A DNA stretch of 48,001 nucleotides, counting the filler, from Dirinaria sp. TL-2023a (Eukaryota): the NCBI GenBank assembly GCA_051941275.1. It is 2 parts of 2 records of this genome, joined end to end, with 100 filler letters (N's around TTAATTAATTAA, not from the genome) between each part and the next. Parts side by side here need not be neighbours in the genome. Positions count along the whole stretch, not along the records: positions 24,091 to 48,001 come from JAVEBF010000196.1; 1 more part is not named here. One strand, given 5' to 3'. The notes under the pieces are model-generated. The model was not told the origin of the DNA, ran no database searches, and worked only from the letters and a program-made list of their open reading frames with translations. Made by a program: the position numbers and the translations under genes. Position 1 is the stretch's first letter, and each line of letters begins with the position of its first letter. Of this stretch, positions 36,901-48,001 are shown one piece after another.

Positions 36901-37737
36901 GACTCCGGAGGATCTGAGCGAATGCTCGTGAATGTGGATGATCTTTGGCGACCGCTGGCCCACGCTGGTGAAAACACCGAAGAGCCAAAAGGACTAGATG
37001 TATCAATTAAAGAAGACCGCTGGGGCATAGAGCCTGCTCTTAAACGTTGCAACAGCGCAGATGTGTCTCTCGGGGTGAGAATAGTGGGTTTGGAAGTACC
37101 GCTCGATCCTTGTTCTTTGACATCTGTTGAGGTAAACGATGATGATTTGAAGGGACTCGTTGCTGGGGTCGGCCGGGAGCTCTGATTTTGGGAAAGTGCA
37201 GGGCTCGTCAACCCCGAGCCATTATTTGCTGGGAATCTTGATGGGACGGTTCCTGCGCGAGCCCTGCGTGTAGGGCTCAATAGATTACTCTCAGATGGCG
37301 GGAGAAAATCTGGAAAGCCATCTTGACTGGGTGATTCGGGGATTGTTTCTCTTAGTGGGGTGGAGCCACCGCTTGCTGGGGGGCCCCAGACCGGCGTCAA
37401 GCCCTCCGAGGCTTGAATCTCGCGAGCACTGTTCCCCGAAGCAGTGGGATTAGCGTTGTGATCTGTTGGAAAAGGACAGCAAGGCCGCTCACCGTTTTGA
37501 ATACAGTCTTGAGCCAAGCTCATGTGATGGGGAACCAGCCCCCAGCCTGCCACCCTGTCCACTGCCCAAACCGTTGATTCCACCAGGGTTACCAAAAGGG
37601 GAGCGAATAGGATTGTTCGAAGGAGCTTCCACAGGGGATGTGTTCGCAGTTGAAGACCCCGACTTTGATAGATTGTTGGCCGAGATCTGTGGAAGGAAGC
37701 CCAAGTTCATGTGGTCTGGCTTTGGCGATGGCGCCAT
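33997..37737 (-). CDS. JSN1: Pumilio-family RNA-binding protein with RRM (Jsn1/Puf2-like); 3 exons
   Basis: RRM TRALWLGNIP...KNCGFVNF...VRIGYAK; Puf repeats SDYLGNTVVQKLFE, HKNGTWAAQKII, DQYGNYVIQCCL; exon 1 from ATG 37737 spliced to AREIQASEG; probable last mini-exon QQQR with TAG at 33999-33997. Confidence 0.92.
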
Positions 37738-39715
37738 GGTAGAACTCGTTCCTCGTTATGCTATGTTGCTTAATGTTGTGGTGATTTCAATCACAGAAGA
37801 CTCTTCGAACGTTGGAACAGGCTTCGAAGAGCGGATTTGGCGCAATGGCGAGCGAATCAGAGTGCGTGAGGTACACCAATGTCAACAACGCCAAAACGGC
37901 TTCCGGTCAACGAGGCTGGAGTTCGCACACGTTGAACAGGTACAGCCTCAAGCTTCCGAACGTGTAGGTGTGGCGATGGTGCTCCCGGTTGAGTGCTATA
38001 TATTTGACTCATGAATTTGCACTCTGCATTTATTCCCCTCCAATTCCTTGTCCACAGACGTCGAGTGACTCTGCGTTAATGTAATTCTGGAGGCAGTCAA
38101 TGCCCACGATACGTGCCAGAGAGATCCGGGGATGAAACGCTGATGGGCTGCGGCGTGAGGTGAGACTGGCCGCCTGGACGGAGATTGATTAAAAAATGCA
38201 GTATTGGCGAAAGGGTAGTGATGCCGAGAAAAGAATGGATTACAGTAATTATGGTGGCAATGGCAGAAGAGATACGAGGGAAAAGGATGGTAGGGAACTT
38301 CTGTTGAAGCCAGTTGGTGAAGAGTTGGCGGTGGAGGGAGAGAGAGTGGTACTCCGTAGTGGGTGCGATAGAAATCAGGAGAGTTGGCAAGGATCCCGTC
38401 GAGCCCGTCCACGATGGTCTGCGGGCCCAGACGGCTCAGGCGCGAGGCGGCTAATTTGCACATATTCACCGGCACAAGCTTCGTTCGCAGGGGAATCAGC
38501 ACAGTCGAATCAGAGTGATCAGTCAATCTCAGTCACTCCGGGACTAGGGGGAATTTGCCGTTTACGCATCACGGTTGATCGAGATCTGTCGTCCTGAGCT
38601 CAGCATGTTCAGCAAACCTTTCGGACGAAATCATTTCCTTGGGATCCCGTTGGGCCGATATCTGCATTGTTATCATGCCCTCGTTGTCTGGCTTCTTCTT
38701 CACCCCCGAGCACTTGCGATGGAATCTGACCATGCTGAAGACCATTACCTTGACACAGACCAGGAATACCGAGCTCGATCATCTCGATGTCTACATGCAT
38801 ACTATTCATTTCTATATGCTTCACGGCAGCCCTACACAGCCATGTCTATATTGGCGACGGTAATGGTAAGGAGGCGCATATAGTTTATGCTTGTCATGCT
38901 CGCAGAATATGCGCGATGGAAATGGTTAAGCTGATGACGAGTCCGGCTAGTCATTATAGTGGCCTGCCTCAGAATCTGAAACACCGGAGAAGGCACGCTA
39001 TCGTGAGGCTGTGAGCCTATGAGGGCGATCAATTATTCTGGGGAAACACTTGGACCATCCACCATGCAGCAAGACAGAACAATGTTGCAGAATGACGTGA
39101 TCGGTTCCAGAGAGGAGGAGAGTCCGATAAGAAAGGTCTTATTGTTGCTCCTGCGTTTCCCAAATTAATTGCTGCGAAATAAACATCGAGGCAGCTGTGG
39201 TCAGCCCTACCGCCATGGGACAAGGCCAGGCAGTCGGGTGTGACTTTTTTCATCACCATCGTCAGTAACTCAATCCGTCAGTCAATTGATAGACTTTGAG
39301 CATTCATATTCAAAATGTCATAATGTCCAGCAAAGATCGAACTGAATTATAAGAGGACGTAGCGTGCTGGAGTGCTGAATGCTACGTATCATGCGGCGTA
39401 TTGAATCTGCGTCTTACGCAATATGCATCAGAATCGTCAAGGATAAAGGAAATAGAAAGCCATGGAGAATGACAAAACCTGCCAATAATAAGTTGCCCAT
39501 CAGATGTCTTCTTCGAGTTGCAGGTTGTGAAAGGAGAGCACTCGACCATTTCGACGAGCCCGATAAAGTGGGACGCGTCTGCGCGCCAAGACGCGATGCC
39601 AAGCCTCCATTCTTCACTAAAGAAACCTCGCAACATCCAGGTAAACTGGTGCACGCAACACTTTATAAAATAAGTCGCAGAAAGTAGAACCGCCGCAACA
39701 CAATATCCAACGGAG

Positions 39716-41383
39716 ATGTCGGAAGGTCTCCTTCGTTCGGCGTCAGATACGTCTGAAGACTCTTCGTCCTCGAATAGTTCAGATGCAGAATCTGAGGCCA
39801 CTGTGGAACTCTTGGTTACCGGAAGAGCCAAACGCGCCACAGCGGGCACGCGGATCAGTTCACTTATACAGCAAGAGAAGGACGAGCTCGTGGATCTAGT
39901 GTTTGAGAAGGAGGAAGGCGATGTGGATAGTGAGGAAGATGTTGACTTTTTAGGTGACGAAGATGAGGCTGCCTCGGATGCTCAGCTGGACTCCTCTTCG
40001 GACGATGAGGATCAAGGGACTGGAAAAGCCGATGACTTTGAAGGCGAGAAGGAGCTACAGAAGCAGGTCAGGTTGGAGCGCCAGAAAAAGCGAAAAGCTC
40101 AGGCGGTTTTCAAAACGCCAGCCGCTGTCCGAAAAAAGGTCAAGGTCGATCCAACCGCTGCAGCCAACTCTGCAAGACCCACTACCCCAGCGCCTCGGCC
40201 GAAGAAAAAGTCGGAGCGAGTTTCCTGGATCCCCACACCGGATGAGGGGCCCGTACGTTCGTCTTCCCGCAAACAAACCATGCAGAACAAGGAGACGATC
40301 CATCAGCGTATGGCAGAGAAAGAGAAGCAACGGATCAAGCAGATGAAGCATATGGAAGAGGCCGAAAAACGCCGTCAAGCTGCCAAGGCACCTCCCATGA
40401 CGCAAGCGGAGAGGATGGCCGAAGCAGCCAGGACCGAAAGGAAGAATGCCAAAAGCCTCAGTCGCTGGGAGGAATCAGAAAGGGAGAAAGCCGAGGCGCA
40501 AAGAGCTAAGCTGGAGGCTTTACATAACCGGCAGCTTACAGGTCCAGTGATTACCTGGTGGAGTGGGCTGACTCGCTGGGTCAATGGCAAGTTGAGCCAA
40601 GTTGGGATAAGAGAAATCAAAGCAACAGAGGAACCCACTGGCCTACACGGAAAAACATCAGACTCGCCGAATCTACCGGATGCACAATCGGGTCCAGACA
40701 TGTCCACGAAAGTACCAGAGTCAAATGCTATCGTTCAAATCGACCAGGGACAGCCCGAACCGTTACCGCCTGAACAACCTGTGCCAAAGTTCACTTTCGC
40801 GCCTCCAATGGGGCCGGGGGGCCTCTTGGATGGAATCCATTACTATGCTTCTCTGCCAATGTCTGGACAAGCAACAACAGCAACATCACCGAACCATTAC
40901 CACGAAGCTGATCTTCAAGACAAGGCACCGTCTGCTCAACCTTCTAGATCCATGTCACCAGTACCAATCGAGCATCCGGCCGCTTTCGTTGAGAAGCCAG
41001 CAGCAGCTCTGCGACCCGACCACAGCTTCCCATACCAGTACGAGCAGCCAAAACCGACCGTCGAATACCTGAGTCGAAACTTGGTCGCCCTCAGAAATAT
41101 CGAGAATAACGCGCACAGTATCCCAGAACTAGCGCAATCTGTCCTTGTAAAACGCCGCAACCCCAAGTTACAGAAGCCCAACCAGGAAGTGTGCGCCATC
41201 ACCGGATTCCCAGCAAGATTCAGAGACCCAAAGACCGGACTCGCGTATTCGGATGCGTATGCATATCGGGAAATCCAGAGACTGCGAAAAGGCGGGTCAC
41301 GATGGAGCAATTTACTGGGTTGCTATGTGGGCTCGACCACAGCGGCTGCACATGGCGTGCCTGAAAGGTTTCGGAAGGTGTAG
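39716..41383 (+). CDS. VPS72: SWR1-complex subunit Vps72/Swc2/YL1
   Basis: GRAKRATAG followed by acidic tract, MTQAERMAEAARTERKN, YL1_C motif CAITGFPARFRDPKTGLAY. Confidence 0.9.
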   Translation: MSEGLLRSASDTSEDSSSSNSSDAESEATVELLVTGRAKRATAGTRISSLIQQEKDELVDLVFEKEEGDVDSEEDVDFLGDEDEAASDAQLDSSSDDEDQGTGKADDFEGEKELQKQVRLERQKKRKAQAVFKTPAAVRKKVKVDPTAAANSARPTTPAPRPKKKSERVSWIPTPDEGPVRSSSRKQTMQNKETIHQRMAEKEKQRIKQMKHMEEAEKRRQAAKAPPMTQAERMAEAARTERKNAKSLSRWEESEREKAEAQRAKLEALHNRQLTGPVITWWSGLTRWVNGKLSQVGIREIKATEEPTGLHGKTSDSPNLPDAQSGPDMSTKVPESNAIVQIDQGQPEPLPPEQPVPKFTFAPPMGPGGLLDGIHYYASLPMSGQATTATSPNHYHEADLQDKAPSAQPSRSMSPVPIEHPAAFVEKPAAALRPDHSFPYQYEQPKPTVEYLSRNLVALRNIENNAHSIPELAQSVLVKRRNPKLQKPNQEVCAITGFPARFRDPKTGLAYSDAYAYREIQRLRKGGSRWSNLLGCYVGSTTAAAHGVPERFRKV

Positions 41384-42562
41384 ATGCGATACGAAACGAC
41401 GATGGAGTTCTAGGCTGAGAGCTGAATTGCCGTAGGTACAGCAATAGCATATGAAAGTTTCAAAGGAGAAGGAAAAGGGAGAAACCAGGCACAGCCGATT
41501 CGCTTGAGAGTATTCCTGAGTCATGGTCTATGACATTTTTTCTAGCCGGTCGAAGAGCGCTCAGTGCGGTCGACGGTAGAACAATTCAATGCTTATCCTT
41601 ATGCGCTAGCGCTTTTCATGCTGATTGTGGTCTGAATGGCGTCGTTCATTAGGTACCCGTAGTGGCCGGTTGAACCTGGGTACAAATCAAAGCGCCTAAG
41701 GGAATGGGTAAAAATGGAACAGTATTGTGGGCTTTGGCGGGTCACAGCTTACAAGGTGCAGATGAGGCTCTGCAAAGGATTGATTGAGTTCTTTGTTTGC
41801 CATTAGATCGTCGGTCAAATGCACGCTGCCGATCAAGAGACGGCAAGATGCGGTGTCCTAAGGTATGGTCGTTCATGTAGAACATGACCCTGCCGAGACA
41901 GGTCCACAGCGTTGGTAGAGCTGGATGCTGGGGTTTGTGGAAGCTGGGAAAACATGATACAAACCGTCGAGTTCTAGAAGCCACCAGTTTGCGTGTCTTG
42001 GCTGGATGGTGGTTTATTATTGGGGTTTGATGTCGTTATCAGCGGGCGCTATCAAGGCCCTCAAATCATCGACAATAATACGAATCAGAAAGCTTGAAAG
42101 CCACTGCTCCTCCGCTTATTCCGATATCGCTGTGGTGACTGATTCTGACAACACTCTGACGACTACTTGCGTGACCTTTGTCCCCTCCAGCTATCTTCTT
42201 CACTCATCCTACATATCACTCCCTCGAATTCGTTTTGCTAACTCCCCTCATTTTCCTGACCCTGTTCATCATGCATTGACTCGCCAATATGCACGCCGAC
42301 TAAAACAAAAGCCGCAGTATCTCGGCCCTCATATCTGGTCGATCTGCCCCTCACGACCGTGCTCCCAAACCGTTCATCTCTGGATCCACCACTCAATTGC
42401 TGTTTCGGAAGCTCAGACGCATCTTCATTAGCGTCGAGCAGTGATCTGTGCATTGACGGTTCACCGACGTTGTGAGACTGTTGCACCAGATTAGGCTTGG
42501 AACGCTCGGAGATTGGCTGGGAAGCAGATCCCTTAAATATCACATCTGCACCTCCCGTAATA

Positions 42563-43543
42563 ATGTCCTCCTCTCACCACTCTCATACCGCTCTTCGTCG
42601 CCACCCCAGCAAGAAGACCGCGTTGAGAGCTGCTCGCTCGGCTCCCGTGTCGAAGACCGCCCTCAACAAAGGAAACAAAGCCAAACCTTCAAAGAGCGAT
42701 GAAGATTTCAGCGTTGATAACTTCGGCGACGACGATATGAGCTCCAGTTTCTTGCAATACTGGTGAGTAGTACACGAGAATCGTCTATTCGCCATCGCAT
42801 GCTGATCGGATCTTTTGCAGTGCAATGTGCGAGAAGCAAATCGTCATTCCGAACAGTTCCTTCCTGTACTGCTCTGAGAGGTAGACCTGACAAAGACCCT
42901 TTGTCTCGACACTAGCTAACATAGTGGATCCAGCTGCCGTCGCAAAGACGCCCGCCTCCACGACGGCAATCCCACCCTCTCCCTCGACTTAGTCATGCCT
43001 CCCACCTCTCCACCTATTACAGAAGCAGGCTTCGCACCGCGCACCATTCTTCCCCCGAAGATGCCCACCCCACGCCCTCTAGACCCGAGGATACCTCCTG
43101 TCGCACATGACGGAAAAGCCGATCTCGACCCCACCGAATGGAAACCCGCCGACGGTGGTTCTGACATTAATAAACCTCCGTCGACAATGAGCTGGAAACC
43201 CAAACTACCTCATCGCCCCAGCAGCGAAGCACACACCTACCTCTCGCAATTCCACCGCTCTGCGCCTCCTACGAGCAGCATGCTACGAAGCCGCGGGATT
43301 CTAAGCACGCCCACTAGCTCGTCAGGCACGACTGTGAGCGATGTAGCCGTCGACGAGCTCGTCACACCGACTTTCGTCACGCACCCTCTCGTTGACCTCG
43401 ACGCTGATGGAGAAGACGTGAATAGCGAGCTGAGTTACGAGAAGAAAACCATCTTGGAGCGCAACGGAGCAGCGAAGGGAAGTTTGATGAAGTTACTGAA
43501 ACACGGAAGCTTGGATATCAATACTGCTGCGGTTGCGATTTAG
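42563..43543 (+). CDS. Ecl1-family (life-span regulatory factor) protein; 3 exons
   Basis: Splicing 42763-42820 and about 42880-42932 gives FLQYCAMCEKQIVIPNSSFLYCSESCRRKD, the four-Cys Ecl1 motif, followed by a Pro/Ser-rich tail. Confidence 0.82.
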
Positions 43544-44086
43544 GAGATGGATCGGGAGGGTGGAGCGCAATGATCCGGTCAGGATTGGAAAAAGCCGACT
43601 GCATTGCCCTCGACTTCATTCCCCTCCCACCTCTTCTTTTTCCTTTTACCCGCATGTTCCATGCTCAGCTTGTTTAATCCAGCTCTTGGTTTTGAATTCA
43701 TGCCTTTGAATTGCGCGTGCGTTTAATAGAGAAGAAAAATCTACCATAGGGAAAAAACCAAATTGAACACAATGAGTGGATCGATACCATTGTGACACCC
43801 TCTTAACGGTACCTTCCCAATGCCTTCCAAATCGGGTGAGTAGATTGTCATATTGAAAGACACTTCGATTTTGGGATCATTTGCTCAAGTAGAATTGGAG
43901 GCTGAGGGTTTGAACTTGCCCTTAAGAGTTCCGAGTATCAGACGAAAAGTACTGCGGGATCATTTACCCGATTTGGCTGGGTCGGTCGTCGGCCCGCTCC
44001 TCCGCCAGTACTTTCGCTCTTTCAAATATCCAAATGACTGTATGATACTCAATCGACTGCGACTTCTTCGTCGCGCCCGCCTCAAT

Positions 44087-47000
44087 ATGTCTGTCGCCTC
44101 AAATCCAGTGGATGCCTTGGATCCACGCAACAGCTCCATAAATACTCTCAAAATCGAGAACGTGAGTGAACGCGAACCTTGAAACCATGCTGAGTGACTA
44201 ATATCTCTCCCAGACGGAGAAGCGCGACCATCTCATTAAAATTGAAAAGAAGTACCAGAAAATATGGGCCGATTCCAAGATCTTCGAAAGCGATGCGCCT
44301 ACTACGACTGAGGTACCCTTCCACTCAATACCACCAGCCGAGCTACGTGCACAAAAGCCTAAATACTTCGGCACGGTTGCTTATCCTTATATGAACGGTA
44401 CCCTACATGTCGGGCATGGCTTCACATTCTCCAAAGTCGAATTTGCCGCCGGCTATGCCAGGATGCAGGGCAAACGAACGCTTTTTCCTCTGGGGTTTCA
44501 CTGCACAGGCATGGCAATCAAAGCGTGTGCGGACAAATTGGTGCGGGAGATAGGGATGTTTGGCAGCAATTTCGAAGGATGCAAAGATGAAGACCTGGCA
44601 GTTGATAGCAAAGTAGAAGCTTCATCTTCGCCTATACAAGTTTCGCCGAGGGAAGTTGGTACCAAATTCGCTGGCTCAAAGAGTAAAGTTGCAGCCAAGT
44701 CAATCAAAGCCAAATATCAATATCAGATCATGCTTGCTCAGGGTATACCGCGAGAGGATATTCACCGTTTCGCGGACCCGTACCACTGGGTTGACGTCTT
44801 CCCCAGCATCGGGAAGCAGGATCTGACGAGATTCGGCCTGAGGATTGATTGGCGGAGATCTTTTGTAACAACTGACGCGAACCCTTATTACGATGCCTTT
44901 GTAAGATGGCAAATGAACCGACTGAAAGAGCTCGGAAAAATCAAATTCGGGAAGAGATATACCGTTTATTCGCCCAAGGATGGACAGGCATGTTTAGATC
45001 ACGATCGAAGCCAAGGAGAAGGAGTTAATGTACAAGAATATACAGGCATAAAGATGGAGGTTCTGCAATGGTCGGACGCTGCGACAAAAATCGTAGATGA
45101 AGCTTTACCCGAGGGTGCCAGGGTTTACTTCGTCCCTGCGACCTTACGACCCGAGACAATGTATGGTCAAACGTGCTGCTTCGTTGGCCCAAAGATCACC
45201 TACGGCATATTCAAAAGATCGCAACACGAATATTTCTTTTGTTCAGAACGCGCGGCGCGCAATATGGCGTTTCAGGGCATCTTTCCCGAATGGGGCACGT
45301 TTTTTAAAATGGCGGAGCTTCAAGGCGCAGACGTGATCGGTACTCTGGTCAATGCGCCTCTCTCAGTGCACAAGGACGGTGTCAGGATCCTGCCTATGGA
45401 GACAGTCAAAGCAACAAAAGGAACAGGAGTCGTGACATGTGTTCCGTCTGACAGTCCAGATGATTATGCTGTTGTGGTGGAACTAAATAAAAAGAGCCAA
45501 TACTTCGGGATCAAGAAGGAATGGGCAGAACTGGAAATCATCCCCATAATCGAAACACCTTCCTACGGCAACCTCGCAGCCCCGACACTGGTCAAGCAAA
45601 TGAAAATCAACTCTCCCAAAGATGCTAAACAGCTCGCCGAGGCAAAGGAACTCGCATACAAGGAAGGATTCTATCGAGGTAAAATGATCTACGGGGATTT
45701 CAAAGGCCGACCTGTGCAAGAAGCCAAAGACCTCGTGAAACGGAATTTGATCAACGAAGGCAATGCATTTGATTATGCCGAACCGGAGGGTCTTGTCATA
45801 AGTCGCTCGGCAGACGAGTGTGTAGCCGCACATTTGGATCAGTGGTACCTCAATTATGGAACGACTGCGAACGGCGGCGATGGCGAGTGGTGTGACCAAG
45901 TTCATGGACATGTGGACCGTGAATTGAACACGTTCTCCTCTGAAGCCAAAAATGCTTTCCAGCAGACCTTGGACTGGCTTAGCCAATGGGCTTGCGCCAG
46001 ATCTTACGGCCTTGGTTCAAAGCTGCCCTGGGATGAGAAATTCTTGGTGGAATCGCTCAGTGACAGCACTATCTATCAATCGTACTACACCGTCGCGCAC
46101 TACCTGCACAAAGACATCTTCGGAAAAGAGCGAGGCATCGGAAATGTTACCCCTGAACAAATGACCGACCAGGTATGGGACTACATCTTCACTCGAAGAG
46201 ATGATGTAAAGAGCGAGATCAGTAGGGAGACATTGCAGTCGATGCGCAGAGAATTCGAGTACTGGTATCCTGTAGACCTTCGAGTATCTGGTAAAGATCT
46301 TATCCGGAACCACTTGACATTCTTCCTCTACATCCATGTCGCCCTGTTTCCCAAAGAGTTCTGGCCTCGGGGTGTCCGTGTCAATGGGCATCTCCTTCTC
46401 AATGGAGAGAAGATGAGCAAAAGCACCGGCAACTTCCTCACCCTGAGCGAAGCCGTCGAAAAGTTCGGTGCGGACGCAACGAGAGTCGCAATCGCGGATG
46501 CTGGAGACGGCCTGGACGATGCCAATTTTGAGGAGAGTGTCGCAAACAGCAGCATTTTGAAGCTTTTCGAGCTCAACAAATGGTGCGAGGAGATGATCAA
46601 CGACGCGCATCTCGAGGATTCGGAAGAGCAGTATATTCAAATGCGAGGAAGTCATCAGGTGAGGAGTATCGATGTGGTTCAACGAACCGGCGAGAAAGGA
46701 TTCTGGGATCAACTGTTCGAGAACGAGTTGAATACGCTTGTGAATGAAACCAAAACGCAATATGAAAGGTAACTCAACCCATGCAATCAAAGACCTCGAC
46801 TGATGAAAATTTCCCAGCCTCCAATTCAGAACAGCGCTCAAATCCGGCTTCTACGACTTCACCAGCGCCCGCGACTCCTACCGCGAAGCCACCAAAGCCG
46901 CAGGGATAGGCATGCACCACTCCCTGATCCGGCAGTACATTTCCCTGCAAGCCCTCCTCCTCGCCCCCGTAGCCCCGCACTGGGCCGAACACGTCCATCT

Positions 47001-47571
47001 CGAAATTCTCCGCAACGCATCCACGATCCAAAACGCCCGCTTCCCCGTCGTCCCCGCCGCGCAACCCGGCCTCGCCGCGGCGCAGACCTACATCCGCTCC
47101 ACGACCTCGAGCATCATCGCCGCGGAAACGGCCCAGCACAAGCGCATGGCCAAGGGGAAAGCGGTCTCCTTCGACCCGAAAGCGCCCAAGAAACTCACCA
47201 TCTTCTGCGCCTCGGCGTTCCCGGAATGGCAGGACCCGTGCATCGAGATCGTGCGCGCGGCTTGCCCCGGCCCGGATTTCAAAGCCATCATCAAGCGGGT
47301 TTCGACCACGAAGGGCATCGATGCGAAGAAAGCGGTGCCGTTCCTGCAGGCGTTGAAACGCCGCTTGGAGGCTGGGGAGAACGAGAGCGAGGTTTTTGAA
47401 CGGAAATTGCCCTTCGATGAATTAAAGGTGCTGCATGAGATGGTCCCGGGCTTGAAGCAGACGGTCAGGAAGTGCGAGGAGGTGCTTGTTATCAGGGTGG
47501 AGAGGGGAGCGGAGGGAGTGGCCGAGGCGGCGGTGCCGGGCGCTCCGACGTTTTTGTTTGAGAATTTGTGA
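44087..47571 (+). CDS. Eukaryotic/cytosolic-type leucyl-tRNA synthetase (Cdc60 family, possibly a diverged paralogue); 3 exons; alternative in-frame ATG at 44042
   Basis: YPYMNGTLHVGH (HIGH), TLRPETMYGQT and GTGVVTCVPSDSPDD (CP1 editing), ESLSDSTIY, SGKDLI, KMSKSTGNF; introns about 44162-44213 and 46769-46818. Confidence 0.95.
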
Positions 47572-48001
47572 GTATCTACATCTCTCTGTACTGTAAAGGT
47601 GGGTTTTATCCACGACAAGGGGAGAAAAAAAGGAGAAAATAAAATGGCAATAGAAGGAAAATATTCCTAGATCTTCGTCTCCGTCTTTCAATCCTTCTTC
47701 TTCCTATTCCTCTTCTGCTTCTTACTTTCTCCTTCCTCCCCCGAATCTAAGATATATAATCCATCACTCGAGAAATTCTTCTCAACACCTTTCATTTTCT
47801 TCGTCATCGATATCCTCATTCTTATATCATACTCATAGCCTTTCACCCTTTCAACTTGAGGTAGTGCGGGGTCAGTGGGCACAAAAATCCCACAGATTTT
47901 CTCCATCTAGTCAAATCTTTTCGATTTTCGAACTCCTTATCTGTTGCGATTTTTTTCTTGTATTTTTTTGGTTGGGAGCGGGAGGAGGGAGGGGTGTTCT
48001 C

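Noticed and set aside
42497..42562. TTG-initiated N-terminal extension of the Ecl1-family protein
   Set aside because: Only 22 open codons, as expected by chance; no supporting feature without conservation data
46017..46841. 274-aa minus-strand ORF antisense to LeuRS, and similar shadow ORFs over ECM14, JSN1 and the Sec7 gene
   Set aside because: Expected by-product of codon bias on the coding strand; no recognisable motifs

Overview
Eukaryotic, intron-containing DNA from a filamentous ascomycete (Pezizomycotina; a lichen-forming lineage is only my guess). The window is two contigs joined at 23991-24090 by an artificial 100-nt spacer (44 N + TTAATTAATTAA + 44 N), so adjacency across it is not evidence of linkage. 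Left contig: YOS9 (partial), JAC1, a Zn2Cys6 transcription factor, a multi-pass membrane protein, SLA1, an ACS/Dal5-family MFS transporter, a protein of unknown function, PMT4, and a NACHT (fungal NLR-like) gene cut by the gap. Right contig: a NiCoT nickel transporter (partial), a Sec7+PH Arf-GEF, ECM14, a JSN1/PUF2-like Pumilio-RRM protein, VPS72/YL1, an Ecl1-family gene and a eukaryotic-type leucyl-tRNA synthetase. Most of this is housekeeping content. The best leads are: (i) the LeuRS looks like a diverged paralogue with an insertion and an upstream in-frame ATG adding an Arg/Leu-rich presequence-like peptide; (ii) the NLR gene is broken by one exact 11-bp tandem duplication that a downstream in-frame acceptor could bypass; (iii) two tiny uORFs lie in an otherwise ATG-free leader of the Ecl1-family gene; (iv) recurrent intergenic motifs (TACGGAGTA, TAAGGTA palindrome, triple GCCAAG). 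I found no tRNA, rRNA, CRISPR array or intact transposon. All calls come from reading the sequence and recalling family motifs; no searches were run.
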